A stretch of 63,278 nucleotides of DNA. Source: Candidatus Woesearchaeota archaeon (GTDB taxonomy: Archaea; Nanobdellota; Nanobdellia; Woesearchaeales; GW2011-AR4). The notes beneath the pieces are model-generated. The model saw nothing but the letters and a program-made list of their open reading frames with translations, was not told where the DNA came from and searched no databases. Location: contig JAGVXV010000011.1 in the NCBI GenBank assembly GCA_018303625.1, positions 1 through 63,278 of the forward strand, given 5' to 3'. Every line of letters starts with the position of its first letter. Positions within the stretch are counted from its first letter, which is position 1. Positions 1 through 9,880 of the stretch are shown here, one piece after another. Position numbers and translations under genes: made by a program.

Positions 1-39
1 AAGTCCCAAACGCATTAATTATAAGAAAAATCCCTTCTA
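1..39. repeat. Degenerate direct repeat of 848-886 (duplicated 3' end of the gene at 846..1211)
   Basis: aagtcccaaacgcattaatta-taagaaaaat-cccttcta vs aagtcccaaacgcattaatta-ccagaaaagc-cccttcta, 35/39 identical. On the minus strand it encodes EGIFLIINAFGT vs EGAFLVINAFGT. May extend left of the window. Confidence 0.9.
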
Positions 40-196
40 AATAAAAACCGAAAGATCTGTATATTAACCCCACTATTTCTTAAAAATCATAAATTTTAGC
101 AGGGGTAAAATTATAAAATTGTGAATTTTATCATAATAAAAACCAAAAGATTTATATATAAGTTAATATTAAATAGTTATTAATTAATAATAATTC

Positions 197-484
197 GTGA
201 TTAAAATGCCAGAATTAATTGAAAGAAAGAAACTGGAGCATTCACCTACATTAAATACAGTCTTTATGGTAGAAGAAACTCTAAAAAACATGGACGAAAG
301 CGTAATATCAGTTGCTGAACTCAAAAGAAGGCTTCCTAAACAAATCAATCATAATACTCTTAGAATAATTCTCGAATATTTGGAAGAAAGCAACAAAATA
401 GCAGTGACAATGAAGGGAATTACATGGATTCATAACCCAAGCCCAAAATTAAGAAAAGCGATAAAAGAAGGATTTGAATTATGA
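197..484 (+). CDS. Putative antitoxin / winged-helix DNA-binding protein
   Basis: 95 aa with a wHTH-like pattern (SVAELKRRLPKQINHNTLRIILEYLEESNKI). Its stop overlaps the start of the RelE-like gene (ATGA). Confidence 0.65.
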   Translation: MIKMPELIERKKLEHSPTLNTVFMVEETLKNMDESVISVAELKRRLPKQINHNTLRIILEYLEESNKIAVTMKGITWIHNPSPKLRKAIKEGFEL

Positions 485-828
485 AAAAAGTCAGAGTAAT
501 TTTTTCTCCAGAAGCGGAGGAAGTGTATAAACACCTTAATGAAGTTGCTCCAAATTCAAAGGTTGATAAGTCAATTTTAAATGCTATTAACAAAAAAGTA
601 GAATTGATTAAAGCAAATATCCATTACGGGGAGCCAATTGCCAAAAGGCTTATTCCAGGAGAATATAAAACAAAATATGGAGCTACAAATCTTTTCAGGG
701 TAGAGCTTCCAAGTTTTTGGAGAATGTTGTATACTTTAACAAATGGGGAAAGCCAAATAGAAATTGTTGCTTTTGTTCTTGATGTTTTAAATCATAAAGA
801 ATATGACAAAAAATTTGGTTACAAATAG
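481..828 (+). CDS. RelE/ParE-superfamily toxin
   Basis: 115 aa: N-terminal VIFSPEAEE, HYGEPI, NLFRVELPSFWRMLYTL, VLDVLNHKEYDK, which is the RelE-like pattern. Coupled to the upstream small gene. Confidence 0.7.
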   Translation: MKKVRVIFSPEAEEVYKHLNEVAPNSKVDKSILNAINKKVELIKANIHYGEPIAKRLIPGEYKTKYGATNLFRVELPSFWRMLYTLTNGESQIEIVAFVLDVLNHKEYDKKFGYK

Positions 829-845
829 CCTCTTAAATCAAAAAA

Positions 846-1211
846 CTAAGTCCCAAACGCATTAATTACCAGAAAAGCCCCTTCTACAACCAGCAAAATA
901 TGGTATAATGTAAGGCTTAAGCCCGGTATTGAAAAAGCCACTGCGCCTAACGAATTCAGTATGGGTATTAAAGTAAGCACTAAAATTGCAAAAGCCACAA
1001 GCAAAGCAATGCTTCTTTTTGCGCCTATTTCTGTAACGCTTTCTATGATCAAATAAAGCCCTCCTGCGGCAAGAATCCATGCCAAAAAATTGATTGACAA
1101 AGGGATTCCAAAAGGCAGAATCTTGATTTTATTCAGCATTGCAATTAAGCCTACAATAAGTATAAGGACTCCAAGCAGCAGTCCAAGATTTTTCCTTGCT
1201 CCGAATGGCAT
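846..1211 (-). CDS. Hypothetical membrane protein (about 4 TM segments)
   Basis: 121 aa, mostly hydrophobic segments. Confidence 0.8.
   Translation of the reverse strand: MPFGARKNLGLLLGVLILIVGLIAMLNKIKILPFGIPLSINFLAWILAAGGLYLIIESVTEIGAKRSIALLVAFAILVLTLIPILNSLGAVAFSIPGLSLTLYHILLVVEGAFLVINAFGT
848..886. repeat. Second copy of the direct repeat flanking the RelE-like TA pair
   Basis: 35/39 identical to positions 1-39. Confidence 0.9.
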
Positions 1212-1223
1212 TTTATTTTAAAA

Positions 1224-1643
1224 TTAGATATTACGCCTTATTTTCTTGTCTTCTCTTGCCGCACGCCTTGCCTCTGCCTTAAGCGCTTTTCTGATTCTTG
1301 CGTCAGTTCTTATAAGGTCGTCTATGACCCTTAAATACGGCCCTGCATGAGGATATTTTTTTATTTTTTTCCTGTATTGCTTCATATTGGCCCTGAATGA
1401 CTTCAGGCTTTCCTCAAGCCTTACCACCAAAACGCGCACCCTCTCGGCAACTTTCTCTAATGAGTTCAACTCTTGCTCTATAGACCTTAAAAAAGCTGCA
1501 TATTGGCCTCTTACAAGCTCCTTATGTTCCTCGGTATGCTTGCCATGGGCTATTTTCATGCCCCTGATGATGACATTAGTCAGCTCTGAATAGGATAAAG
1601 GGCTTTTCAACCTGCCTAAGCTTATTCTCATTATGGACATCAA
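1224..1643 (-). CDS. Hypothetical basic helical/coiled-coil protein
   Basis: 139 aa ORF in tandem with the downstream membrane protein gene. Confidence 0.7.
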   Translation of the reverse strand: MMSIMRISLGRLKSPLSYSELTNVIIRGMKIAHGKHTEEHKELVRGQYAAFLRSIEQELNSLEKVAERVRVLVVRLEESLKSFRANMKQYRKKIKKYPHAGPYLRVIDDLIRTDARIRKALKAEARRAAREDKKIRRNI

Positions 1644-1746
1644 TCAAAATTATTATTCAACCCGTTTATAAAATTTTTGTTTTCGAGCCAAAAAAGAAAA
1701 ATTATTTAAATAAATATACCAAATTAAAATCAAAAGAGGTGTTTTA

Positions 1747-2457
1747 ATGGAGATAAAGCTGAGCAAAAGGCCGAAAAACCCGATAATAATTGAGGCTTTT
1801 CCGGGCTTTGGGCTGGTTGGGACAATTACGGGCGAATTCCTGCTGGAGCACCTGCAGACAGAGCAGATAGGCAAGATTATTTTCAATGAGATGCCCGCCA
1901 TGGTGGCAATACACGAGAGCAAGGTTGTTGAGCCTTTAGGCATTTTCTACAATAAAAAATACAATATCATAGTTTTGCATGCGATTACAGCCTCAACAGG
2001 GAATGAATGGGGCATTGCAGACACCCTGATAAACCTTGCAAAAGACCTTAATGCAAAAGAGGTCATATCTTTAGAGGGTGTTGGGAGCGGCGATGAAAGC
2101 AAGGGCGAAAGGGTTTTCTATTACTCAAACAATGAGAAAAATATTGCAAAATTCAAAAAAATGGGCATAGATCCCTTAAAGGAAGGGATTATAATAGGAG
2201 TTACAGGCGCAATTCTGCTCAGGGCTGAAAAACTGCCGATAAGCTGCATTTTTGCCGAAACATCGACAAATATGCCTGACAGCAAGGCGGCCGCAAAAGT
2301 CATAGAAGTCCTGGACAAATATTTGGACCTCAAGGTAGATCCCAAGCCTTTGCTTGTCCAAGCTGAAAAATTTGAATCAAAGCTGAAAAACCTGCTGACA
2401 GAAGGCCAAAAAACCCAGGAGCTGAGCGAGCAGAAAAGGATGAGTTATGTAGGGTAA
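1747..2457 (+). CDS. PAC2-family proteasome assembly chaperone
   Basis: IIEAFPGFGLVGTI, VISLEGV and PDSKAAAKVIEVL motifs, typical of archaeal PAC2/PbaB. Confidence 0.9.
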   Translation: MEIKLSKRPKNPIIIEAFPGFGLVGTITGEFLLEHLQTEQIGKIIFNEMPAMVAIHESKVVEPLGIFYNKKYNIIVLHAITASTGNEWGIADTLINLAKDLNAKEVISLEGVGSGDESKGERVFYYSNNEKNIAKFKKMGIDPLKEGIIIGVTGAILLRAEKLPISCIFAETSTNMPDSKAAAKVIEVLDKYLDLKVDPKPLLVQAEKFESKLKNLLTEGQKTQELSEQKRMSYVG

Positions 2458-2497
2458 AATTCTAATTTCACAACTAAAAACTGAACAATTCTTTAAT

Positions 2498-3163
2498 TTA
2501 TTTTTTCCATCCCCTTGGAAATGTTTCTTGCTTTCCTGTTCTTGTATCTTTTCCTATTAGTCCGTGCATAATCTCTCCTTTTTTATCCGGAGTTAAGAAA
2601 GAACTTAGAAATTCTTCCATTTCTGGAGAAACCTTATATCCCATAAGGTTCCATAACTCTCCAAGATAAGCTACTCTTTCTTCAATTAAATCATAAAAAC
2701 CTTCTTTATAATGAGCAACTCTTGATTCCACTTCTTTTTTAATAGGGTATTTTTCGCTTTCCATTCTTCCATATATGGATTTAAATTTTCGCAGGTCAAC
2801 TAATCCGCAATCAATTACTTGGTGTATACTTTCATGTATACTAGCACCTTCAATTGACCCTTCTCTAAACATAATTTCATCTAATCTTCTGTGTTGGGTA
2901 TTAGGGTCGTAATGGGCACTTGGTTTTTTCCCTCCAAGAACTTCAGAAGGTTCAAGTTCATTGACAGTAATATTAGGCCCGTTCCTAATACAATCTTGTG
3001 CTTTTTGAGTAAACCGCTCAGTCATAGAATAATCTGCCCAAGCTAGTCTCTTTTGTTCTTGAATAGTCAATAGGACTTGAGGCGGAACAGTAGAGCATCC
3101 ACTCACAATAATTAATGCTGCGTATAATCCCGCTTGTTTCGGATTGATCATTACTTCAACCAT
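2498..3163 (-). CDS. Secreted/lipoprotein zincin-like (HExxH) protein
   Basis: Hydrophobic N-terminus ending IIVSGC (lipobox-like), HESIH motif and a downstream EERVAY glutamate. Confidence 0.6.
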   Translation of the reverse strand: MVEVMINPKQAGLYAALIIVSGCSTVPPQVLLTIQEQKRLAWADYSMTERFTQKAQDCIRNGPNITVNELEPSEVLGGKKPSAHYDPNTQHRRLDEIMFREGSIEGASIHESIHQVIDCGLVDLRKFKSIYGRMESEKYPIKKEVESRVAHYKEGFYDLIEERVAYLGELWNLMGYKVSPEMEEFLSSFLTPDKKGEIMHGLIGKDTRTGKQETFPRGWKK

Positions 3164-3349
3164 TCAAGATGATTCCTATATAAATTTTTGTTTTTTTGAC
3201 CACTAATTAATGATAAGGGTAATACTTAGAAATTCCTACACGCTTTGATATTTGGCAGAATTCATTATGCCCATCATATTGATTTTAATTTAGTTCTAAA
3301 AGTTTTGTAGGGTAAAGTTTTTATTTAACACACTCTTTTTTCATTAATT

Positions 3350-5146
3350 ATGAATAAAAAGAATATTGTTTTTGTGATATTAATTATAACCCTTTCTTTA
3401 ATTTCTTATATGAACGTCTTTGACAATGAGTTTGTATGGGACGACCATGTTTTTATTCTGGAGAACAACGATATCAAGTCATTTGCAAACATTCCACTGT
3501 TTTTTAAGGAGGATGTTGACGGCTTATATAGGCCTTTAAGGAGCCTGCATTACACTTTTGCCTACTCAATTTTCAAGAAAAACCCTTTTGGATACCATTT
3601 AAATGCAGTATTTTTCCATACAGTAATCTCTGTTTTGGTGTTTTTTATTATTAAAAAAATCATTGAAAACAGAAATATCGCCTTAGTTGCTTCTTTGATA
3701 TTTGCAGCCAATCCCATTCATGCTGAAAGGGTTGCAAACATGACTGCAGGCTTTGACCTTTTGGGAATTTTTTTGTTTTTATTGTCGTTTTATTTTTATA
3801 TTCTGTATTCGAAGAGCAACAATGAAAAAAATGATAAAAAATATTTTATTTTTTCTTTATTGTTCTTTATTCTTGCATTGCTTGCGTCTGAAGAGGCAAT
3901 AACCTTGCCACTGATAATTATTTTATACGAATTTTCATTTAATAAAGAATTTGATAAAAAAAATTTAAAAAATACTATAAATAAAAATCCATTAAAAAGT
4001 TACCTGCCTTTTTTTGCTGCTGCCTTTTTTTATCTGATTTTGAGGTTTTTTATTCTTGGGATAAGAGGAAGAATTGAAACATATTTAGGCGGAAATTTTC
4101 TTATAACACAGCTTACAATGCTAAAAGTCTATGTAAAATACATTGTTTTGCTTTTATTTCCGGTAAATTTAACATTATTTCAGGAAGTCCCGGTTGCAAA
4201 AGGCCTTTTTGACGCCGGAGTTTTAGTTTCATTATTTGTTTTATCAATAATCTTAATTTTTACAATTAAAAATTATAGGAAAGATATTGTTTTTTTCTCT
4301 GTATTCTGGCTCTTTATAACATTAATTCCTTTTTCCAACATAATGCCCATACAGGTATTCATGGCAGAACGCTATTTGTATGTCCCGTCAATAGGATTCT
4401 CATTGATAATCTCCTTTTTATTTTTTAAAATTTACAATATCGAGATTAAAAACATTAAAGATAAAAAATTATTCAAAAATGCCTTAATTATTTTATTTGT
4501 TTTATTGCTTTCTTTCTATTCTGCAAGAACCATTATAAGAAACAATGACTGGCAGGATAATTTAAGCTTATGGACAAAAACAATTGAGACAAACCCCTAC
4601 AACAGCAGGGCGCATGACAATTTGGGGTTTACATACGAGCAGCTTGGCGATGATGAAAAGGCATTTTTGGAGTTCCAAAAGGCAGTTGAGCTGATGCCGG
4701 ATAATTTCAGGGCCTTGAGCAATTTGGGTATTGCCTATGCGAAGAAAAAGCAGTATAACATTTCAATAGGATTGATGCAAAAGGCATTGCGGATAAATCC
4801 GCTGCATTACAAGACCCATGATAAACTGGGCTTGGTTTACCTTGAGGTTGATGATGCTGAAAATGCGATAAAAAGCTTTGAAAGGGCAACTGAAATAAAT
4901 CCAAGGTACGCAAAAGCCTATAATGACATTGCAGCAGCCTATGGGAAAATAGGTGAGTTTGAAAAAGTGGAAGAGAATCTGAAAAAAGCGATAAAGCTCG
5001 ACAGGGATTATGCAGATGCGCATTACAATCTTGGCATTTTATATGATTTTCTGGGAGAAAAGGAGAAGGCAATGAAAGAGTTTGAGGCTGCATTCAAATT
5101 AGAGCCTAGGAATGAGCTGTACGGGAAAAAAGCAAGCAGGAAATAA
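3350..5146 (+). CDS. TMTC-like GT-C membrane glycosyltransferase with C-terminal TPR repeats
   Basis: NEFVWDD acidic motif, YRPLR, GYHLNAVFFH, multiple TM helices, AERYLY, then several TPRs (RAHDNLG, ALSNLG, AYNDIA, AHYNLG). Confidence 0.85.
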   Translation: MNKKNIVFVILIITLSLISYMNVFDNEFVWDDHVFILENNDIKSFANIPLFFKEDVDGLYRPLRSLHYTFAYSIFKKNPFGYHLNAVFFHTVISVLVFFIIKKIIENRNIALVASLIFAANPIHAERVANMTAGFDLLGIFLFLLSFYFYILYSKSNNEKNDKKYFIFSLLFFILALLASEEAITLPLIIILYEFSFNKEFDKKNLKNTINKNPLKSYLPFFAAAFFYLILRFFILGIRGRIETYLGGNFLITQLTMLKVYVKYIVLLLFPVNLTLFQEVPVAKGLFDAGVLVSLFVLSIILIFTIKNYRKDIVFFSVFWLFITLIPFSNIMPIQVFMAERYLYVPSIGFSLIISFLFFKIYNIEIKNIKDKKLFKNALIILFVLLLSFYSARTIIRNNDWQDNLSLWTKTIETNPYNSRAHDNLGFTYEQLGDDEKAFLEFQKAVELMPDNFRALSNLGIAYAKKKQYNISIGLMQKALRINPLHYKTHDKLGLVYLEVDDAENAIKSFERATEINPRYAKAYNDIAAAYGKIGEFEKVEENLKKAIKLDRDYADAHYNLGILYDFLGEKEKAMKEFEAAFKLEPRNELYGKKASRK

Positions 5147-5195
5147 TAGAAAGATTTATATTTTTAGGATAAATTAGTTTTAGCAAAGATGCAAC

Positions 5196-5537
5196 ATGAG
5201 CCCTCACAGAATATCCGAAGCTATGAAACTTCTCAGCTTTATAATAAAAAATCCGCAAGAAAGGTACACCCAAGAAAACAGATTAACGATTATAAGTCTT
5301 TTAGCGGAAGTGCATAGGGAGTTAAAGCTTATATTAACCGAATTCAAGGAAGAGTCTCCAGAATATAAGAGGGTATACCAGTGCATGAGGTATTTAGCAG
5401 TTGTTGTTAACCAAGTTAATGATGGGAAGACGCATCCTACACAAATACTTCCAAATCTGCGAACTGCAAAAAAATTTCTGGAAGAGGCATTAGCAAGGAA
5501 TGAAGCAATCTCAAGAATGATGTCTAAATCCAGATAG
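5196..5537 (+). CDS. Hypothetical helical protein
   Basis: 113 aa ORF directly after the TMTC-like gene; no motif recognised. Confidence 0.6.
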   Translation: MSPHRISEAMKLLSFIIKNPQERYTQENRLTIISLLAEVHRELKLILTEFKEESPEYKRVYQCMRYLAVVVNQVNDGKTHPTQILPNLRTAKKFLEEALARNEAISRMMSKSR

Positions 5538-5552
5538 GGAGTTTATTTTTTG

Positions 5553-6332
5553 CTAACCATAAAAATTCCACATCGAAATATATTTTTTTGCCAGATCCCA
5601 GTGAATCTGCATTGCATCTTTTTTCCTTAAAAGGTTTTTAACAAACAAAAATGCAATGTCATGCAGGCCGTTTCTTGCAGGCTGAAAGTCAATATTTTCT
5701 TTTATGCAGCTGCTTAAATTGCCGATGTTGTTTTCCCTTATCGCCTCCGCCCATTTTACCGCAAATGCAAAGGCTTTTGCCTCCTCGTCGTGGGAATTGT
5801 TCAAAGAGGGGGTGAAAACATGCCCGATTTCATGGCCTATTGTGAGCATTAGCTCATCAAGATGGCTGTTTTTCACAAAAATTTTCTTTGATTTTTTGCC
5901 GTTTATTGCAAAGCCCTGAATGTTGTCGCTCCATGAGCCAAATTCCGAATGAATCTGCCTTAATTCATCTTTGCTGCATATCTTTATCATTATATTTTCA
6001 GGCATTTTTTGGCTTGCTGCAAATCCAAAAGCCTCGTCGATAAAACATTGCACATCTTCTGTTACGGAAATAAACCTTGTTTCAGGCCTTTGCTCTTTCA
6101 AGAATGGCCTTAATGAAGTGTAGTAAGTTGTTGTTTTGCCCTCATTTTCATCATATCTGTTATTTTGGTATTCTGCGCCTTTGGAATTAACAAAAGCAGG
6201 AAAATATTGTGTTTTTTCTGTATTTTCTGCCTTATCCTCACTTTTAGCTGCAAAGTATCCCAAATTCCTCGAATAAGCAGGCTTTGCATAGCTTACTATG
6301 TCATCAATGCTGTAAGTCCTGAAATAAGCCAT
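5553..6332 (-). CDS. Hypothetical protein with a C-terminal zincin-like HExxH domain
   Basis: LTIGHEIGHV motif followed by DEEAKAFAF. Confidence 0.65.
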   Translation of the reverse strand: MAYFRTYSIDDIVSYAKPAYSRNLGYFAAKSEDKAENTEKTQYFPAFVNSKGAEYQNNRYDENEGKTTTYYTSLRPFLKEQRPETRFISVTEDVQCFIDEAFGFAASQKMPENIMIKICSKDELRQIHSEFGSWSDNIQGFAINGKKSKKIFVKNSHLDELMLTIGHEIGHVFTPSLNNSHDEEAKAFAFAVKWAEAIRENNIGNLSSCIKENIDFQPARNGLHDIAFLFVKNLLRKKDAMQIHWDLAKKYISMWNFYG

Positions 6333-6948
6333 ATTTTAGGTTAAAATGCTTAACAATAAATATTTATCTGTAGAAAAAGGTGAAAGATTACTTGATTTAG
6401 GCAGTTTATTCTTATTGTAGCTTAGGTAGTTTATATTGCAAAAAAGCTAAAACACCAAAATTTTGATGTTTCAGGGCTTGCAAAGTAAAAAAATATATAC
6501 AATTATATAGTGCCTAATGAAGTTTTTTATGATTTTTACTCCAGTTAAAGCTCTTATCTAGCATTATGAATATATGAACTCTCACTTTTTAAATTCTATA
6601 TTATTATTTTCAATATTGAAATATTATAAGGTTCAGGTGATATAGTTAAAAATATAGGTTAGAATAATATTGATTTATTAAATATGTCTAAAAAGATATT
6701 AACTAATAATTATTTTATAAAAATATATTATTAATATAATTAAATAAAAACATATTTTTAAGATATAATATTATATAGGTTTACTGTATTAAAGAATTTT
6801 GGATTAATCTAGATAATATATATTATATAAGTATTTTTATATATTTTATAAGTATAAAATGCCACTAAATATTATAAATAATATGTAAGTAAAACTAAAA
6901 AAATTAAAATCCGAAAAATTTTTATTTAAATCAAAAAAGTTTATTGAA

Positions 6949-7401
6949 ATGCGCATTCCATCAAAAGCACTTTATCTCTCACTTTTTTTATTGGTAATTT
7001 TAGTTATAATCGTCACAAGAAGTGATAAAACAGGGACTGCCATTATAAGCAACGGAAATGAAAAAATAAAAATCAACGTTGAGATTGCCGACGACGAAAT
7101 TGAAATGCAGCAGGGATTGATGTTCCGTGAATCTCTTGAAGAAAGCTCTGGAATGATTTTTGTTTTTGAGAAAAAAGGGATGTACGGCTTCTGGATGAAA
7201 AACACATTAATACCCCTAGATGTGATTTTTATCGACGACAATCTTCACATTACGGGCATAATTTACGCTGAGCCGTGCAAAGAAGATCCATGCAGGGTCT
7301 ACAGGCCTGAAAACCAGTTCAAGTATGTTCTGGAAGTTAATGGAAACTTCACGTCTAGAAACAATATTTCCCTGGGCAACAAGGTTGAATTAATAATTTA
7401 A
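6949..7401 (+). CDS. DUF192 family protein
   Basis: N-terminal TM, VEIAD..QQGLMFRESL..GMIFVF..FWMKNTLIPLDVIFI..YVLEVNG. Confidence 0.92.
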   Translation: MRIPSKALYLSLFLLVILVIIVTRSDKTGTAIISNGNEKIKINVEIADDEIEMQQGLMFRESLEESSGMIFVFEKKGMYGFWMKNTLIPLDVIFIDDNLHITGIIYAEPCKEDPCRVYRPENQFKYVLEVNGNFTSRNNISLGNKVELII

Positions 7402-7440
7402 AACAAAAAAAATTTATAGCCGGAAATTATTTTGATTTAT

Positions 7441-7758
7441 ATGAAAAAATTGATTTTTATTTTGGTAATTGGATTATTTTTGGTTTATGGCTGCGAAACT
7501 TCTAATGAGGATAAACCAAAAGATAGTGAGGAAGAAACGGGCTTTGGAGGCATTACAAAACAGCAATGTAATGGCTCTGGAGGATACTGGAATGAATGCG
7601 GAAGCCCTTGCGCCGGAACAGATGCTGAAATGTGCATACAGGTTTGCCAGGTACAGTGCGAATGCGGCGGCATAGCGGGCTTTTCATGCCCAAAAGGATA
7701 CAAATGCAGATTGACAGGGAAGATTGCTGACGAGAGGGGTGTTTGCATCAAAGAGTAA
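7441..7758 (+). CDS. Cys-rich secreted lipoprotein
   Basis: MKKLIFILVIGLFLVYGC lipobox-like signal; 10 Cys in the C-terminal half (CGGIAGFSCPKGYKC). ATG at 7441 preferred over TTG at 7432. Confidence 0.7.
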   Translation: MKKLIFILVIGLFLVYGCETSNEDKPKDSEEETGFGGITKQQCNGSGGYWNECGSPCAGTDAEMCIQVCQVQCECGGIAGFSCPKGYKCRLTGKIADERGVCIKE

Positions 7759-7790
7759 AGATTAAAAAACAGGCTGTTTTTCTTCGATTT

Positions 7791-8222
7791 ATGGCAGTAG
7801 AACCTAGCTTAGGGCCCACATACATTGACACAATCTTGGGATTTGTAAATGATGTTGTTGGAAGTATGGATGGGGTAGAAAGATTCTATACACCAAAAAA
7901 AGACATGGAAGTTAGTCCTAACGGTGTAAAGGATGGCTTAAGAGAGAAAGTAAATGTATTCCAAGAAGGGCTGCCAGCTATGCCCAAGAGCATAAGTGAT
8001 GCTGTGAGGGAATATGCTGATTTTTTAAAAAGTGTAACAGGAGAAAAATGCGATTGGGAGAATGGAAAAGTATTAAGGATGGTTTATGACTCTCATGGCA
8101 GAGAGCATGAAAAGCTGGTAAAAAAGATAGAAAAACGAAAAGGCATTGTAGACTCAAGAAGGGGGAGAGAAAAAGAATTTGAAGACGAGAGAGAAGGCAA
8201 CATAGGGCTTATGGATGATTAA
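7791..8222 (+). CDS. Hypothetical protein
   Basis: ORF 7743..8222; ATG at 7791 is the probable start. No motif recognised. Confidence 0.55.
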   Translation: MAVEPSLGPTYIDTILGFVNDVVGSMDGVERFYTPKKDMEVSPNGVKDGLREKVNVFQEGLPAMPKSISDAVREYADFLKSVTGEKCDWENGKVLRMVYDSHGREHEKLVKKIEKRKGIVDSRRGREKEFEDEREGNIGLMDD

Positions 8223-8299
8223 AAATCTTTTCTCTGTTTAAGATTGTTTCTGATGGACTTTTTTGAAGAAAATGTTCGCCTAATAGCAACTATAAGAAC

Positions 8300-9037
8300 C
8301 TATCCTTTATTATTCACTTTCTGAAACAATTCTTCGGGAATAATGCCTTTATGGTTGCCTTTATACAAATTGCCCCTATACCTCACTTTGCCTATATAAG
8401 TAGGATTTTTTATTATTTCATATAGCGTTGATACAGGAATATTAAATTTTTCTGATATCTCCTTGTAATGCACTCCAGAAGCCCACATTTCGAAGATTTC
8501 GCGCACTTTTATGGCCTCTTCATCATTTACCACTAGCTTGCCATTCCTGTAAAAATAGCCCATTGGAGCCCTGTTTAAAGCCTCTCCAGAGCCAATCTTC
8601 TTGTCAAAAGCCATTTCCACCCTTTCCTTTACCATGCCCCTCTCAAGCTGCGCAAAAACGCCAATTATTTGGAAGAAGGCCTCTCCCATCGCTGTTGTTG
8701 TGTCAATCTGCTCAGTAACAGAAGTAAAATTAACACCTTTTGATTTCAGCTCTTCAAGGATTGATATGAGGTCTTTCAGCTTCCTGGAGAACCGGTCAAT
8801 CTTGTAAACCAATAAGATTGTGAATTTTTTATTGTTGATATCATCAACCATGTTTTTCAATGCCGGCCTGTCCATTGTGCCAGCAGAATAGCCGGCATCT
8901 GTGTAAATCTTAAAGAGCTTCCAGCCCCTTGCCTTGCAAAAAGCCCTGCATCTCTCAATCTGCGCATCTATGCTTATGCCTTCTTTTGCCTGCTCCTCTG
9001 TCGAAACTCGAACATAAACACCTACTTTTTCTGTCAT
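8300..9037 (-). CDS. Serine recombinase (resolvase catalytic domain plus short recombinase DNA-binding domain)
   Basis: GVYVRVSTEEQ (catalytic Ser), DAGYSAG..RPAL, KIDRFSR, GVFAQLER, APMGY. At 245 aa it lacks the zinc-ribbon/coiled-coil of large phage integrases. Confidence 0.95.
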   Translation of the reverse strand: MTEKVGVYVRVSTEEQAKEGISIDAQIERCRAFCKARGWKLFKIYTDAGYSAGTMDRPALKNMVDDINNKKFTILLVYKIDRFSRKLKDLISILEELKSKGVNFTSVTEQIDTTTAMGEAFFQIIGVFAQLERGMVKERVEMAFDKKIGSGEALNRAPMGYFYRNGKLVVNDEEAIKVREIFEMWASGVHYKEISEKFNIPVSTLYEIIKNPTYIGKVRYRGNLYKGNHKGIIPEELFQKVNNKG

Positions 9038-9249
9038 AAGCCTTAAAACCTCAAAATTTCAAGCTTTCAACCATTCCAGTATGGGTTCCCTTACCGGAAT
9101 CCATAGTTAACCTTATTGGAATAAGTATAAATATTTTTGCATTAGGTCTTAAGTGCAAGAAGCTTTAGGACAGATTAACCTAAAATATTTAAGCTATAAT
9201 CAAAAGTTTTAAGAAATAAAAGATTTAAGAAAAAATTAAAAGATTTAAG

Positions 9250-9819
9250 TTAAAAGTTTACCAATTCTTTCTGTGCAGGATCTATCATCAGCAAATTTTC
9301 CTTTGCCTGCAATGTTTTGAATTCTTGATCAAGCTTTAAGAAAGGCCTGCTGTTGATGTATTTTTTCAGAATTGGAATGCCTTTCCCTATCATGGAGGTG
9401 ATGTAATTGCTTATAATATCATCAGAAAGGGCTGTTTTTCTTGATATGTCGGCATAGCTTACCATGCCTTTTTCATCCTCCAAAGCGTATAGGACCATAA
9501 AGACCTGCTGCTCTGTTTTTGTTAGTGGCTTTATCTCAAAGGCTTTTTGGTCTTCTGCAATAAAACTGCTGTTTGACTGCAAAAAAAGCTGTATTTTGTC
9601 CATCCTTTCTGCCAATTTGTCTATTTTTGCCTCAATTTCACATAAACATTCATAATTGGACTGTATCTCGTTGGTATTCTCATTTATTGCCTGCAAATGC
9701 TCCTCAAATTCTTTTTTTATTTTTAAAAATGCTCCTTTAAGCTCTTTGTCCACATTTCTCTGCCTCTTGAAGAAAGAGCGCTTCCTCTGCTTGAAAAATT
9801 CATTCAAAATTACAATCAC
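9250..9819 (-). CDS. Coiled-coil plus C-terminal winged-helix protein
   Basis: Heptad region (FEEHLQAINENTNEIQSNYECLCEIEAKIDKLAERMDKI), then LTKTEQQVFMVL..SYADISRKTALSDDIISNYITSMIGKGIPI. Start may be TTG at 9807 after the GGGGTG RBS. Confidence 0.75.
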   Translation of the reverse strand: MIVILNEFFKQRKRSFFKRQRNVDKELKGAFLKIKKEFEEHLQAINENTNEIQSNYECLCEIEAKIDKLAERMDKIQLFLQSNSSFIAEDQKAFEIKPLTKTEQQVFMVLYALEDEKGMVSYADISRKTALSDDIISNYITSMIGKGIPILKKYINSRPFLKLDQEFKTLQAKENLLMIDPAQKELVNF

Positions 9820-9880
9820 CCCCGAAAATTGGCGGTAAAATGTTGCTTAAATACTTTTATATTTTGAGAAATATAGCATG

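Noticed and set aside
8300-9037. Prophage or integrative element around the serine recombinase
   Set aside because: No viral, conjugation or replication genes, and no flanking att repeats were seen.
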